Shown piece after piece: positions 24,766-33,861 of a DNA stretch of 64,000 nucleotides; the first letter of the stretch is position 1, and every line of letters starts with the position of its first letter. The notes below the pieces were generated by a model. That model did no database searches and was not told the DNA's origin. It worked only from the letters and a program-made list of their open reading frames with translations. The DNA comes from Gemmatimonadota bacterium. GTDB taxonomy: Bacteria; Gemmatimonadota; Gemmatimonadetes; Gemmatimonadales; JACORV01. A program made the translations under genes and the position numbers. Where the stretch lies: positions 2,829-66,828 of the forward strand of contig JBGOSS010000015.1 of the NCBI GenBank assembly GCA_041476105.1, read 5' to 3'.

Positions 24766-25272
24766 ATGCGAACCTCGCTGGCGATCGCCATGCTCGCGGC
24801 GTCCGCGCTGCTGCCGCCGTGCACTGCGCCCCTCGGGGCGCAGGCGGCCAGCGCGGTGCCGCCGCCACCGTTGCTCGTGCTTGCCCTCAACGATCTCTCC
24901 TTCGGCACGGTGCTTCCCGGCGTCCCGGCGACGGTGCGCGTCAACGATGCGCAGCACGCCGGCCTGTTCGAGATTCGGGGTCCCGCCGGTGCCAGCGTCC
25001 GCATCGAGCTGGTCATGCCCGCGTTCCTCTCCAATGACGCGGGCTCGGTCGTTCCCCTCAGTTTCGGGCCCGGCGACGGGTTCGTCAGTTTCGGCCGCGG
25101 CGACCGGCCGCGTGGCCTCTTCTTCGATCCGCACCTGCCGGTGATCGGTGCGCTCGGCCCGGACGGGCATCTCTTCGTGCGCATCGGCGGCACGGCGCTG
25201 CCGGGCCGGCCCCAGGCCGGCGGCAACTACTTCGGCACGATCTTCATGACCGTCTTCGATCTGGGGAGCTGA
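24766..25272 (+). CDS. DUF4402 family fimbrial-subunit-like secreted protein (second paralog)
   Basis: Signal peptide. Motifs LNDLSFGTVLPG and C-terminal GNYFGTIFMTVFDLGS. Confidence 0.75.
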   Translation: MRTSLAIAMLAASALLPPCTAPLGAQAASAVPPPPLLVLALNDLSFGTVLPGVPATVRVNDAQHAGLFEIRGPAGASVRIELVMPAFLSNDAGSVVPLSFGPGDGFVSFGRGDRPRGLFFDPHLPVIGALGPDGHLFVRIGGTALPGRPQAGGNYFGTIFMTVFDLGS

Positions 25273-25276
25273 GCCG

Positions 25277-26119
25277 ATGCCACGCTCATTCCCGCGCGCG
25301 CTCCGGATCGCCGTCCTCACGGCGGCGTCGGTCGTGCTTCTCCCGGCCGTCATCGAGGCGATCTACGTGTCGCCGACCGCCGTGTTCATCGATGACCACT
25401 CGCGTTCCGCCCAGATCACCATCGGCAACGCGAGCGACAGCCCGGAAGAGGCGACGGTCGAGCTGAAGTTCGGCTTTCCCGACGTGGACTCGGCGGGCAC
25501 GCCGTACGTCCGTTTCGTCGAGGATCCCGGCCCCGAGTTCCATTCGGCGGCCGACTGGATCCGGGCCTTTCCGCAGCGCGTTCGGCTCGAGCCCCGGTCG
25601 CAGCAGGTGGTGCGGCTGCTGGCGCGGCCGCCCGACGACCTTCCCGACGGTGAGTACTGGACCCGCATGATCGTCACGGGCCGCGGGGGATCGATCCGCG
25701 TCAATACCGGCGACACGCTGGTGAAGGCCGGTGTGAACCTCGAGATCCGGCTCGTGACGTCGGTGACCTTTCGCAAGGGCCGGGTCACCACCGGCGTCGA
25801 GGTGCGGAACCTCACCGCGGAGGCGGCCGACGACTCCCTCTCGGTGTGGGCCCACCTGGCCCGCGAAGGGAACGGTGCGTACCTCGGCACCGCCGACGTC
25901 GAACTCGTGAACGGGCGCGGTACCGTGGTGCGGAACTGGTCCACCGCGTTGTCGGTGCACTACCCGGTGCGACGACGCTTCGCCTTTCCGCTCGATTCGG
26001 TCGGGCCCGGCGACTACAGGGTCCGCTTCCGGCTCCGCGCACAGCGCCCGGACCTGCCGGCGGATCGCGTGTTGCCTGCCCCCACCGTGCTGGACTCGGT
26101 GGCGGTGCGCGTGATCTGA
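25277..26119 (+). CDS. PapD-like periplasmic pilus chaperone
   Basis: Signal peptide followed by IYVSPTAVFIDDHSRSAQITIGNASDSPEEATVEL (chaperone strand A/B pattern). Two Ig-like halves. Confidence 0.7.
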   Translation: MPRSFPRALRIAVLTAASVVLLPAVIEAIYVSPTAVFIDDHSRSAQITIGNASDSPEEATVELKFGFPDVDSAGTPYVRFVEDPGPEFHSAADWIRAFPQRVRLEPRSQQVVRLLARPPDDLPDGEYWTRMIVTGRGGSIRVNTGDTLVKAGVNLEIRLVTSVTFRKGRVTTGVEVRNLTAEAADDSLSVWAHLAREGNGAYLGTADVELVNGRGTVVRNWSTALSVHYPVRRRFAFPLDSVGPGDYRVRFRLRAQRPDLPADRVLPAPTVLDSVAVRVI

Positions 26120-26128
26120 GGCGATTTC

Positions 26129-28774
26129 ATGCGCGCGGAGCAATCCCGGATGCCGGCGATGGCCGGCCCCCTCAGGCTCCCGTGCCCCAAGGTGTGGCTC
26201 GTGGCCGGCGCGCTGTTGCTCGGCGCCGTGGGTCCCGCGGCGGCGCAGCTGGCGGTGCGCGCCACCCCGCTGAGCCCGGCGGCGGGTGACCATCTCGACA
26301 CCGCCTACGTCGAAGCGGTCATCCGGCTCGACATCGAGAACGGCCCGTCGGCCGTCGTGCCGGCCCTCGCCGCGGACTCGACGCTGCTGCTGCCGTTCCG
26401 CCAATTCCTCGCCATCGCCGAGATCCACGTCGACGCGTTCGTGCTGCGGGATTCCGCGGTGGCGATGCTCGAGCCGGGCCACATCCTGCTCCGCATCAAC
26501 CCGGGCCTGCACTTGCTCATGCGGGGGGCGGAGGCCGTTCCCTACGACACGATGGACGTGGTGTGGTGGGACGGCGACCTGTTCATCGCCACGCGCCTCC
26601 TCGACCGGCTGCTCCAGGTGAACACCAGCGTGGAGTGGTCGGACCTCTCCGCCATGGTGGGACGGTCCGCGGGTCTTCCGGTGGTGCAGCGGGCGCGTCG
26701 CGACCGGCGCCGGCAGATGCTGGCGATCAACCGGCCGACGCCCGGGGTCCTGGATCTCCCGCTGCGGGAGCGGACGGTGGACGGCGCGGTCCTCACCTGG
26801 TCGCTCACCGCCGCCCGGGGCGGCCCGACCGATCAGACGTCGCTCGACCTCGGGTTCGGGGCGGGGCTGCTCGGGGGCAGCGCCGAATTGCGGCCGCAGT
26901 TCTACAGCAGCGGCGACGCGTCAGGGGCACAGTTCCGCGGTTCGTGGACGCGCGCCTGGCAAGGGTCGCGCTGGATCCGGCAGGCCGGCCTCGGCGACGT
27001 GCAGTCGAACGGCCGGCGGGCGAGGCTGCTCCAGGGTGTCGCGATCACCAATGCGCCGTTCATCCGCTCTTCCGAGTTCGACGTCGAGCAGCTCGCGGGA
27101 ACCGTGCCGGCGGGCTGGGAAGTCGAGCTGTACGACAATGGCCGGCTCCTGGCGTACGCTGATGCCGACGCCGTCGGCGCGTTTCGTGTGCCCATTCAGC
27201 TCCGCTACGGGCAGAACCCCTTCGACCTCGTGCTGTACGGCCCGGGGGGTGAGACGGTGCGGCAGAAGCGCACCATCCGGGTGCCGTTCAGCCGGCTGCC
27301 CGACCACCATCTCGAGTACGCGTTTGCCGCGGGCCGTTGCCGTTACGAGCCGTGCAACGGGCTGGTGAGCGCCGACGCGCGGTACGGCCTGACCAGTCAT
27401 GTCACCTTGCAGGGCGGACTGGATGCCTTCTTCCAGGACCGGCGGAACTCGCTCTGGCAGCCGTACGCCGTGGTCTCGGCGGCGCCGCTTCCGGCGGTGG
27501 GCGTCACCGGCGAGGCTGTGGCGAATGGACACCTGCGGGCCGCGGCGGACTACGAGCCGACGGCGGACCTGCACCTCTCCGGCGGGTACACGCGGTATTC
27601 GGCCGCGGGCACGCTCTACGATGGGGCGCCTTCGGAGGCGGCGCGATCGGAAGCGTCGCTGTTCTGGCGTCCCGGCTGGATGAAGGGCGCGCTCTTCTTC
27701 CAGGGCGCCGGCGTGCACTCCACGGGACAGGGCATGCAGCGAGACCTGGAGCGCATTTCCGCGACGACGCGGGTCGGATACGTGCGCTACGGCCTGGGCA
27801 TCCTGAGCGACGTGACTGGGCGTGCCGGGACCTCGGGCTCTTCCCAATTCACCATCGACGCGAGCGCCGACGCCATCCTGCCCGGTCCCTGGCGATGGCT
27901 GCGGACCACCAACCTCCAGGGACAGGTCGCTGTCGATCCCTCGCGCGGGCTTTCCGCGTTGCGGGCCGCCGGCGGCCGGCGGGTTTCGCGGACCATCCGG
28001 CTGGACGCCGGCATCGGCTGGTTCCGCGGCTCGGGCGTCAGTCTCGAGCTGAGCATCACCACGGCGACCGCCGGTCCGCGGTTCGGCGCGCGGAGCAGGG
28101 TGAATTCGCAGTCGGGCTCTCAGGCGCTGATGTTCTCCAACGGCTCGGTGGCCTGGGATCCCCGCTCCCGCCTGCTGCGCGTGGGCGACGGATCGGACCT
28201 GGGCCGGGCGGGAATCCGCGGCGTACTGTTCCGCGACGACAACGGCAACGGCGTGCGCGACCCCGGCGAACCGGGACTGGCGGGCATTCCGGTGCACGTC
28301 GGCGGCTGGCCGGCGCGGACCGACGCCGACGGCCGCTTCGCGGCGTGGGGGCTCTTCCCATCGGAGCCCGCCGACATCGAGGTGGACTCGCTCTCGTTCG
28401 GCGATCCGCGTTTCATTCTGCCGGCGCCGATCATGCGGGTCCGTCCCGCGGCGAACTCGTTCGGCACCATCTCGGTGCCGGTGGTGATCGGCGCCGAGGT
28501 CAGCGGCTTCGTGGTGCTGGGCGACGAGGCGCTGGCGGGCGTGCCGGTGGTGCTGCGCGAGATGAACACCGGAGCCGAGATCACCATCGTGACCTTCGGT
28601 GACGGCGGCTTCTACCGTGCCGCGGTCCCGCCGGGCGAGTACGAGGTGACGCTGCCGGACGCGGTCCTCGATCACTTCAACGCGTCGGCGCCTCCGCTGT
28701 CCATCTTCGTGCCGCCGGGCACCGGTGAGAAGCGGTACGAGGATCTGCAGCTTCGGCTGCAGCCGCGCCCATGA
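26129..28774 (+). CDS. Usher-like outer-membrane protein with C-terminal CarboxypepD_reg / SdrD-B-like domains
   Basis: 881 aa with a signal peptide, a long beta-barrel-like middle (alternating patterns, aromatic-rich) and a C-terminus carrying FRDDNGNGVRDPGEPGLAGIPV and GGFYRAAVPPGEYEVTL. Position after the chaperone and subunits. Confidence 0.65.
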   Translation: MRAEQSRMPAMAGPLRLPCPKVWLVAGALLLGAVGPAAAQLAVRATPLSPAAGDHLDTAYVEAVIRLDIENGPSAVVPALAADSTLLLPFRQFLAIAEIHVDAFVLRDSAVAMLEPGHILLRINPGLHLLMRGAEAVPYDTMDVVWWDGDLFIATRLLDRLLQVNTSVEWSDLSAMVGRSAGLPVVQRARRDRRRQMLAINRPTPGVLDLPLRERTVDGAVLTWSLTAARGGPTDQTSLDLGFGAGLLGGSAELRPQFYSSGDASGAQFRGSWTRAWQGSRWIRQAGLGDVQSNGRRARLLQGVAITNAPFIRSSEFDVEQLAGTVPAGWEVELYDNGRLLAYADADAVGAFRVPIQLRYGQNPFDLVLYGPGGETVRQKRTIRVPFSRLPDHHLEYAFAAGRCRYEPCNGLVSADARYGLTSHVTLQGGLDAFFQDRRNSLWQPYAVVSAAPLPAVGVTGEAVANGHLRAAADYEPTADLHLSGGYTRYSAAGTLYDGAPSEAARSEASLFWRPGWMKGALFFQGAGVHSTGQGMQRDLERISATTRVGYVRYGLGILSDVTGRAGTSGSSQFTIDASADAILPGPWRWLRTTNLQGQVAVDPSRGLSALRAAGGRRVSRTIRLDAGIGWFRGSGVSLELSITTATAGPRFGARSRVNSQSGSQALMFSNGSVAWDPRSRLLRVGDGSDLGRAGIRGVLFRDDNGNGVRDPGEPGLAGIPVHVGGWPARTDADGRFAAWGLFPSEPADIEVDSLSFGDPRFILPAPIMRVRPAANSFGTISVPVVIGAEVSGFVVLGDEALAGVPVVLREMNTGAEITIVTFGDGGFYRAAVPPGEYEVTLPDAVLDHFNASAPPLSIFVPPGTGEKRYEDLQLRLQPRP

Positions 28775-28901
28775 GCGACACTCCGCTCGGTCGGGTGGAC
28801 CTGTCGCGGCGCGCGCCGATGCGCGATAATCCAATGGTGCGCGTGTCGTACCGTGTTCGTCGCGCGGGCCTTGCAGCCGCGCGCCTCGGGGAGCCGGCGT
28901 A

Positions 28902-31682
28902 GTGGCGATCCACGGAACCATCGAGGAGGCCGGTGGCCTGGCCGACGTGCTCCAGCTCCTGGCGCTGGGGCGCAAGTCGGGGTGTCTCTCCGTGGTCGAC
29001 GGCGAGGCGCAGGGGAGGATCTTCCTCGACCTCGGGCAGGTCTCTTTCGCCAGCGTCGCCAACCGTCGCGACCGCCTCGGCGACATGCTCGTCAAGAGCG
29101 GCCGCATCACGCGCGAGCAGCTGGACGCGGCGACCGAGCAGCAGCGGAACAGCAAGCGGCAGCTCGGCCGCATCCTGGTGGACACGGGCAGCATCGACCG
29201 CGCCGAAGTCGAGAAGTTCATCCGGATCCAGGTGCAGGAGGCCGTCTACTTCCTGTTCACGTGGAAGCAGGGCGCCTTCACCTTCACCTCCGACCAGCTC
29301 TCCGCCTACCAGTCCCTGCTCGTCTCGCTCGATCCCGAGAGCCTGCTCCTCGAGGGCGCGCGTCGCGTGGACGAGTGGAGCATGATCCAGAAGAAGATCC
29401 CCTCGTTCGACCTGGTCTACCGGGTCAATCGGCAGAAGCTCGGCCGGGCCGCCGCCGACGATCTCACCGACGAGCAGCGACGCCTCGTCCCGTTGCTGGA
29501 CGGTACGCGCGACGTGACCGGGCTCATCGACGTGTCGGGCCTGGAAGAGTTCGAGGTGGGCAAGGCGCTGTATGGGCTCCTGGTGGCCGGCTTTGCGCAG
29601 CTCATCGAGCGAAGGGCGAAAGTCCGCCATCTCGAGTATCGCGAGCTGCTGGCGTACGTCGTCCGCGAGGCGGAGTACGCCGACGCGGCGCGCCGCAAGG
29701 AAGCGGGCCGGCACATCGTGGATTGTCCTTCGTGCGCCGACCGACTGCGCACCATCCACGTGCGCCGGACCACCGAGGGTGTGGCGACGGGGGGCGTCCC
29801 CGAGCCCGAGATGGCGCCCGAGACCACGGTGGCGACGGCAGTGCCGGCGCCCCCGCCGCCGCCGGTGCGCCAGCCCGCGCCGCCGCGCCCGCAGCCCGTG
29901 CAACCGGTGGTACGACAGGTTGCGCCGCCGCCCCCGCCCCCGCCGTCCCCGGTGGTGCGGCAGGTCGCTCAGGCCGCGCCGGCGATGGCCGTGCAGGTCG
30001 CGGGGGAGATGGCGCCAGCGGTGGCCGCGATGGCGCGCGCGACGGTGGAACGCCGCGCGCGGGATCGCCGGACCGGCCAGGATCGCCGAACCATCGAGCG
30101 CCGGGCCTGCCTCGACCGCCGAGTCGTGGTGAACGCGTCGTGGTCGCAGGTCGCCCTCGAGCGGCGCCTGGGGCCGCGTCGCGCCGGCGACCGTCGGCTC
30201 GGGCAGACGCGGGAGCGTCGGAGCGGCGACTCCGAGCGGCGCAGCGGCGGTGCCGAGCGGCGCAGCGGCGGCGCTGAGCGGCGCAGCGGTGGGTCCGGGA
30301 GGGCCGCGCCGGTCGAGCGGACGTCGGGTCCGGGAGACCGGCATACCGTACCGCGCCAGCATCAGCCCGCCGAGCGGCGCGATCAACCGTCGCCGGTTTT
30401 CGCGCCCCCGGCCGAGTACGCCGAGTCGACAGAGTCGCAGGCGCCGGCCGCGGATGCGCGGCGGCCGGGTGCCCGCACCAAGGAAATCGAGTGGGTCGTG
30501 AGTCCGCAGCAATCGCTCGAGATGATGCGGGTGTCGCGGACCCAGCTGCGCGCGATGCACGAGGCGAGCACCACGCCGCCGGCGACCCTCCCAGCGACTC
30601 CCCAGGGGACGACGGCTGCGCCGGCCGTGAGGCCGTTCGTCGAGCGGCGCCGCCCGTCGCCGAGCAGCGACGCACCGCCGGGCCGGGTACCGAGGCCGGA
30701 GGGGCCACGTGGGCAGGGCGGCGACACTCGATCGTCACGAGGAGTGCGGGTTCCTCCTCCCGCGGACGATCGCCCGGGCATGCCGCTCGGCAAGTTCGGC
30801 ACGGCCGCCGTGATCGCTGGCGTCGCGCTTCTCGGTTACCTGGTGGGGCACTCCGGTGGCCGCGGGCAGACCCTCGAGACGGCCGAGGCAAGCGCGGCGA
30901 ACACGACCGCGGTAGCGGCGCCGCCGCGTGCGCCGGCACGGCCCGAGGCGCGGCCCGCGCCGAGCCCGGCTGCTCACGAGGAGACGGCCGCGCCGCCGGC
31001 TCACGAGCAGCAGAAGGCGCCCGCCAACGTGCCGCCCGCCGCCAGGGCTGAGCAACCGGCCCGTCCGGCGATCGTTCAGCCGCAGCCGGTGCATCGAGCC
31101 ACGCCCGAACCCGTCGCCGCCTCGGCACCGACCGCTCCTCCCGTGGCACAGCGGGTCGAGCCGCCGCCTCAACCGGCTCCGACGGTTGCCGCAGCTCCGG
31201 CCGCTGCCCCTCCGCCCGCCGCGCCGCCCAGCGTCGCGCCGGCTCCAGTGGCCGCCGCACCGGCACCGGCGCCACCGCCGCCGGCTGCGGCGGAGCCGGA
31301 TCGGGAGCTTGCCGCGGGTGGATGGGCTCCCGCGGATCGCTCGGAAGCAACCACGATTCTGGGCGGGACTCTCGGCGCGATTCAGGGACTCGCGATCGAG
31401 AGCGTCGCCAAATCCACCGCGGGCCCCCGGCCGCGCGTGCGCGTTACGCAACTCACGGAATCGGGCCAGCGCATCGTTCTGACGGAGACGCGGGCCGGAG
31501 CCGCGGTCAGCGGCGGGCCCGGAACGGCCCACGTGACGGCGCTGCGCGTCATGCCGCCGTCCGAGGCGTACCCGATGTCCACCGGAACGGTGAGTTTCGG
31601 GAACATCCTGATCACCGTGAAGTCCAGCATCGGCGCCGATGCCCTGCGCTCACTCCTGGAGCGGCTGGGCGACGCGCGGTAG
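28902..31682 (+). CDS. PATAN (DUF4388) domain protein with HxxxCxxC motif, Pro/Arg/Ala-rich repeats, one TM helix and a C-terminal extracytoplasmic domain
   Basis: N-terminal GGLADVLQLLALGRKSGCLSV...GRIFLDLGQVSFA (DUF4388). H271-x3-C275-x2-C278 (HIVDCPSC). ERRSGGx heptads. TM helix GTAAVIAGVALLGYLVG at about 30799-30858. Globular last ~130 aa. Confidence 0.75.
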   Translation: MAIHGTIEEAGGLADVLQLLALGRKSGCLSVVDGEAQGRIFLDLGQVSFASVANRRDRLGDMLVKSGRITREQLDAATEQQRNSKRQLGRILVDTGSIDRAEVEKFIRIQVQEAVYFLFTWKQGAFTFTSDQLSAYQSLLVSLDPESLLLEGARRVDEWSMIQKKIPSFDLVYRVNRQKLGRAAADDLTDEQRRLVPLLDGTRDVTGLIDVSGLEEFEVGKALYGLLVAGFAQLIERRAKVRHLEYRELLAYVVREAEYADAARRKEAGRHIVDCPSCADRLRTIHVRRTTEGVATGGVPEPEMAPETTVATAVPAPPPPPVRQPAPPRPQPVQPVVRQVAPPPPPPPSPVVRQVAQAAPAMAVQVAGEMAPAVAAMARATVERRARDRRTGQDRRTIERRACLDRRVVVNASWSQVALERRLGPRRAGDRRLGQTRERRSGDSERRSGGAERRSGGAERRSGGSGRAAPVERTSGPGDRHTVPRQHQPAERRDQPSPVFAPPAEYAESTESQAPAADARRPGARTKEIEWVVSPQQSLEMMRVSRTQLRAMHEASTTPPATLPATPQGTTAAPAVRPFVERRRPSPSSDAPPGRVPRPEGPRGQGGDTRSSRGVRVPPPADDRPGMPLGKFGTAAVIAGVALLGYLVGHSGGRGQTLETAEASAANTTAVAAPPRAPARPEARPAPSPAAHEETAAPPAHEQQKAPANVPPAARAEQPARPAIVQPQPVHRATPEPVAASAPTAPPVAQRVEPPPQPAPTVAAAPAAAPPPAAPPSVAPAPVAAAPAPAPPPPAAAEPDRELAAGGWAPADRSEATTILGGTLGAIQGLAIESVAKSTAGPRPRVRVTQLTESGQRIVLTETRAGAAVSGGPGTAHVTALRVMPPSEAYPMSTGTVSFGNILITVKSSIGADALRSLLERLGDAR
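30214..30297 (+). repeat. Four tandem 21-bp repeats inside the 926-aa ORF (ERRSG[DG][SA] heptads)
   Basis: Units at 30214-30234, 30235-30255, 30256-30276 and 30277-30297 (GAGCGGCGCAGCGGCGGTGCC-like). In frame, with no spacers. Confidence 0.85.
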
Positions 31683-32189
31683 TTGGCCTCCTTTGCACTG
31701 GTGCCCGCAACCGCCGCCGACGCGACGGAGATCGCGTCGTTGCGGACCGCGGTCGCCCGGCGCCTGACGGAGACATACGGGCGCGGGCACTGGTCGTCGG
31801 CCGTTTCGGAGAAGGGTGTGCTGGGGGGCCTGCGGACCTCGCGCATCTTCGTGGCGCGTGACGGGCCCCGGCTGGTCGCCACGCTGCGGCTGGCCACCAA
31901 GAAGCCCTGGGCCATCGACACCAAGTACTTCTCGCCGGGCCGCAGGCCGCTCTACCTCACCGACATGGCGGTGGATCCGGACCTGCAACGCCAGGGCATC
32001 GGCCGCCGCTGCCTCGAGGAGGCGCAGACGGTCGGCCGGTCCTGGCCGGGTGACGCGATTCGTCTCGATGCGTACGACGCCGAGGCCGGGGCGGGATCGT
32101 TCTACTCGAAGTGCGGTTTTCGCGAGGTGGGGCGGGCAACCTACCGTGGCACGCCGCTGGTGTACTTCGAGTTGCTGCTGACGGTATGA
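31683..32189 (+). CDS. GNAT family N-acetyltransferase
   Basis: LYLTDMAVDPDLQRQGIGRRCLEEA...FYSKCGFREVG. TTG start immediately after the previous stop. Confidence 0.8.
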   Translation: MASFALVPATAADATEIASLRTAVARRLTETYGRGHWSSAVSEKGVLGGLRTSRIFVARDGPRLVATLRLATKKPWAIDTKYFSPGRRPLYLTDMAVDPDLQRQGIGRRCLEEAQTVGRSWPGDAIRLDAYDAEAGAGSFYSKCGFREVGRATYRGTPLVYFELLLTV

Positions 32190-32192
32190 CGT

Positions 32193-32786
32193 TCAGGCCG
32201 GTCCGCCGCGCTTCGGGCGCTTGAGCGGGCCGAGCACCCGGCCGGCGGCGGAATCGTCGATCAGCGTCGCCAGCCGCTTCAGCCGGGTTTCCTCCCGCTT
32301 CGCGCTGATCACCCAGAAGCTGGCCGTCCGCTGGTACCAGGGCGCCTGGTCCTTGAAGAAGCGCCATGCCGCGGCGGCGGCGCGGAGGCGGCGCAGGTAT
32401 TCGCCAGTCAGCTTCACGGTCCGGCGCTGCTCGAAGCTGTAGAGCCCCGACCGATCCTTGCGGCGATTCTGGAACACTTCGATGCCGGCCGGTGCCATGA
32501 GGCCCTTTCGCGTGAGCTGGGCTACGCGCTTCAGGTTGACCGCGCTCCAGGCACTACCGGGCCGCCGCGGAGTGAATCGGATCGTGTAACGCGACTCGTC
32601 CACGCTCCTGCGCACGCCGTCGATCCATCCGTAGCACAGCGCCCCATCGACCGCTTCCGGCCAGGTGATGCTGGGCCGACCCGATCCCTTCTTGTGCAAC
32701 CCGACCCACAGCTCGTCGGTGGTCGCGTGGTGTCCGGCGAGCCACCGCCGCCAATCCTCGGGTGTAGCGAAGTACAGGGATTTCAT
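32193..32786 (-). CDS. YdeI/OmpD-associated family protein
   Basis: WRRWLAGHHATTDELWVGLHKKGSG...ALCYGWIDGVRRSVDE...APWYQR... signature. Confidence 0.85.
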   Translation of the reverse strand: MKSLYFATPEDWRRWLAGHHATTDELWVGLHKKGSGRPSITWPEAVDGALCYGWIDGVRRSVDESRYTIRFTPRRPGSAWSAVNLKRVAQLTRKGLMAPAGIEVFQNRRKDRSGLYSFEQRRTVKLTGEYLRRLRAAAAAWRFFKDQAPWYQRTASFWVISAKREETRLKRLATLIDDSAAGRVLGPLKRPKRGGPA

Positions 32787-32886
32787 GACCCATCAGTCTT
32801 CTCTCGTTTGACGCGGGCCGCAACTCGGGCGAGAGTTGGAAGACGCCCCGAAAAGGGAAGGCTCCCGCCCGACTGAAGGAGAGAAC

Positions 32887-33339
32887 GTGGCCCGATCCAC
32901 CGCCACCACCGTTGCCGCGTACCTTGCCGCCCTTCCGCCGGCACGCCGCCGCGCGCTGTCGGAGGTGCGCCGCGTCATCAAGAAGCACCTCCCGTCGGGC
33001 TACAGGGAGGCGATGGCGGCCGGGATGATCACCTACCAGGTGCCGCTGAGCCGCTACGGGACGACCTACAACGGCAAGGCGCTCTGGTACGCCGCCCTGG
33101 CGTCGCAGAAGAACTACGCGACGCTCCACCTGATGGCCGCCTACGGGAACGCCGAGCTGAAGGCGCGGCTGGAACAGGGCTTTCAGATGGCGGGCAAGCG
33201 CCTGGACATGGGGAAGGCGTGCATCCGTTTCCAGCAGAGCGACGATCTCCCGCTCCACGTGATCGGGGATCTGGTGGCGAGCACGCCGATGGAAACGTTC
33301 ATCGGCTGGGCTGAAGCCGCTCGCCGGCGGGCCCGGTGA
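32887..33339 (+). CDS. DUF1801 domain protein
   Basis: AAGGAG lies 6 nt before GTG 32887. Motifs VAAYLAALPPARRRALSEVRRVI...KACIRFQ. Confidence 0.8.
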   Translation: MARSTATTVAAYLAALPPARRRALSEVRRVIKKHLPSGYREAMAAGMITYQVPLSRYGTTYNGKALWYAALASQKNYATLHLMAAYGNAELKARLEQGFQMAGKRLDMGKACIRFQQSDDLPLHVIGDLVASTPMETFIGWAEAARRRAR

Positions 33340-33860
33340 AGGCGCCGCGGGCGCTGGCCGGTGTCGCGTGTCTGGTGCTGGCCGCGGGCGCGGCGGCCGC
33401 CCAGCAACCGCCGCCCCTCGACGGCCCCAACCGGCCCGTCCAGGACACGCTGCTCGACCGGCTGGCCGGCGAGTGGACCATGAGCGGCGCGGTGCGCGGC
33501 CGGCCGGCGACGTACACGCTGCGCGGCGAATGGGTGCTCGCCCACCAGTTTCTCAAGCTCGACATGCGCGACGTGAACGAGCCGCTGGCCTACCAGGCGA
33601 TGGTCTACATCGGGTACGACAACGCCAGTGAGCGCTACGTGGCCCACTGGCTCGACGCGTTCGGCGGCCGGTTTTCCGAAACGCTGGGATTCGGCCAGCG
33701 GGCCGGCTCGGCGATCCGCTTCGTCTTCGAGTATCCCGACGGACCGTTTCACACCACGTTCACGCTTGATCCCCAGGGTGCGTGGAGCGTCGAGATGCAG
33801 GATCGCGGCCCGGACGGTGCATGGCGCGAGTTCGCCCACTACGCGCTGCGGCGCCGATAG
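33336..33860 (+). CDS. DUF1579 domain protein with signal peptide
   Basis: GTGA overlap. Motifs LDRLAGEWTMSG...EWVLAHQFLKLDM...YIGYDNASERYVAHWLD. Confidence 0.75.
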   Translation: MKAPRALAGVACLVLAAGAAAAQQPPPLDGPNRPVQDTLLDRLAGEWTMSGAVRGRPATYTLRGEWVLAHQFLKLDMRDVNEPLAYQAMVYIGYDNASERYVAHWLDAFGGRFSETLGFGQRAGSAIRFVFEYPDGPFHTTFTLDPQGAWSVEMQDRGPDGAWREFAHYALRRR

Positions 33861-33861
33861 C

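Noticed and set aside
26921-29221. 766-aa minus-strand ORF, plus similar long antisense ORFs (29602..31350, 28677..30560)
   Set aside because: They lie antisense to the usher-like and PATAN genes. They have low-complexity Arg/Pro/Ala composition typical of out-of-frame translation of 70% GC coding DNA, and no recognisable motifs.
30214-30297. Tandem repeats as a CRISPR or minisatellite locus
   Set aside because: The repeats are contiguous without spacers, in frame, and inside a long supported ORF.
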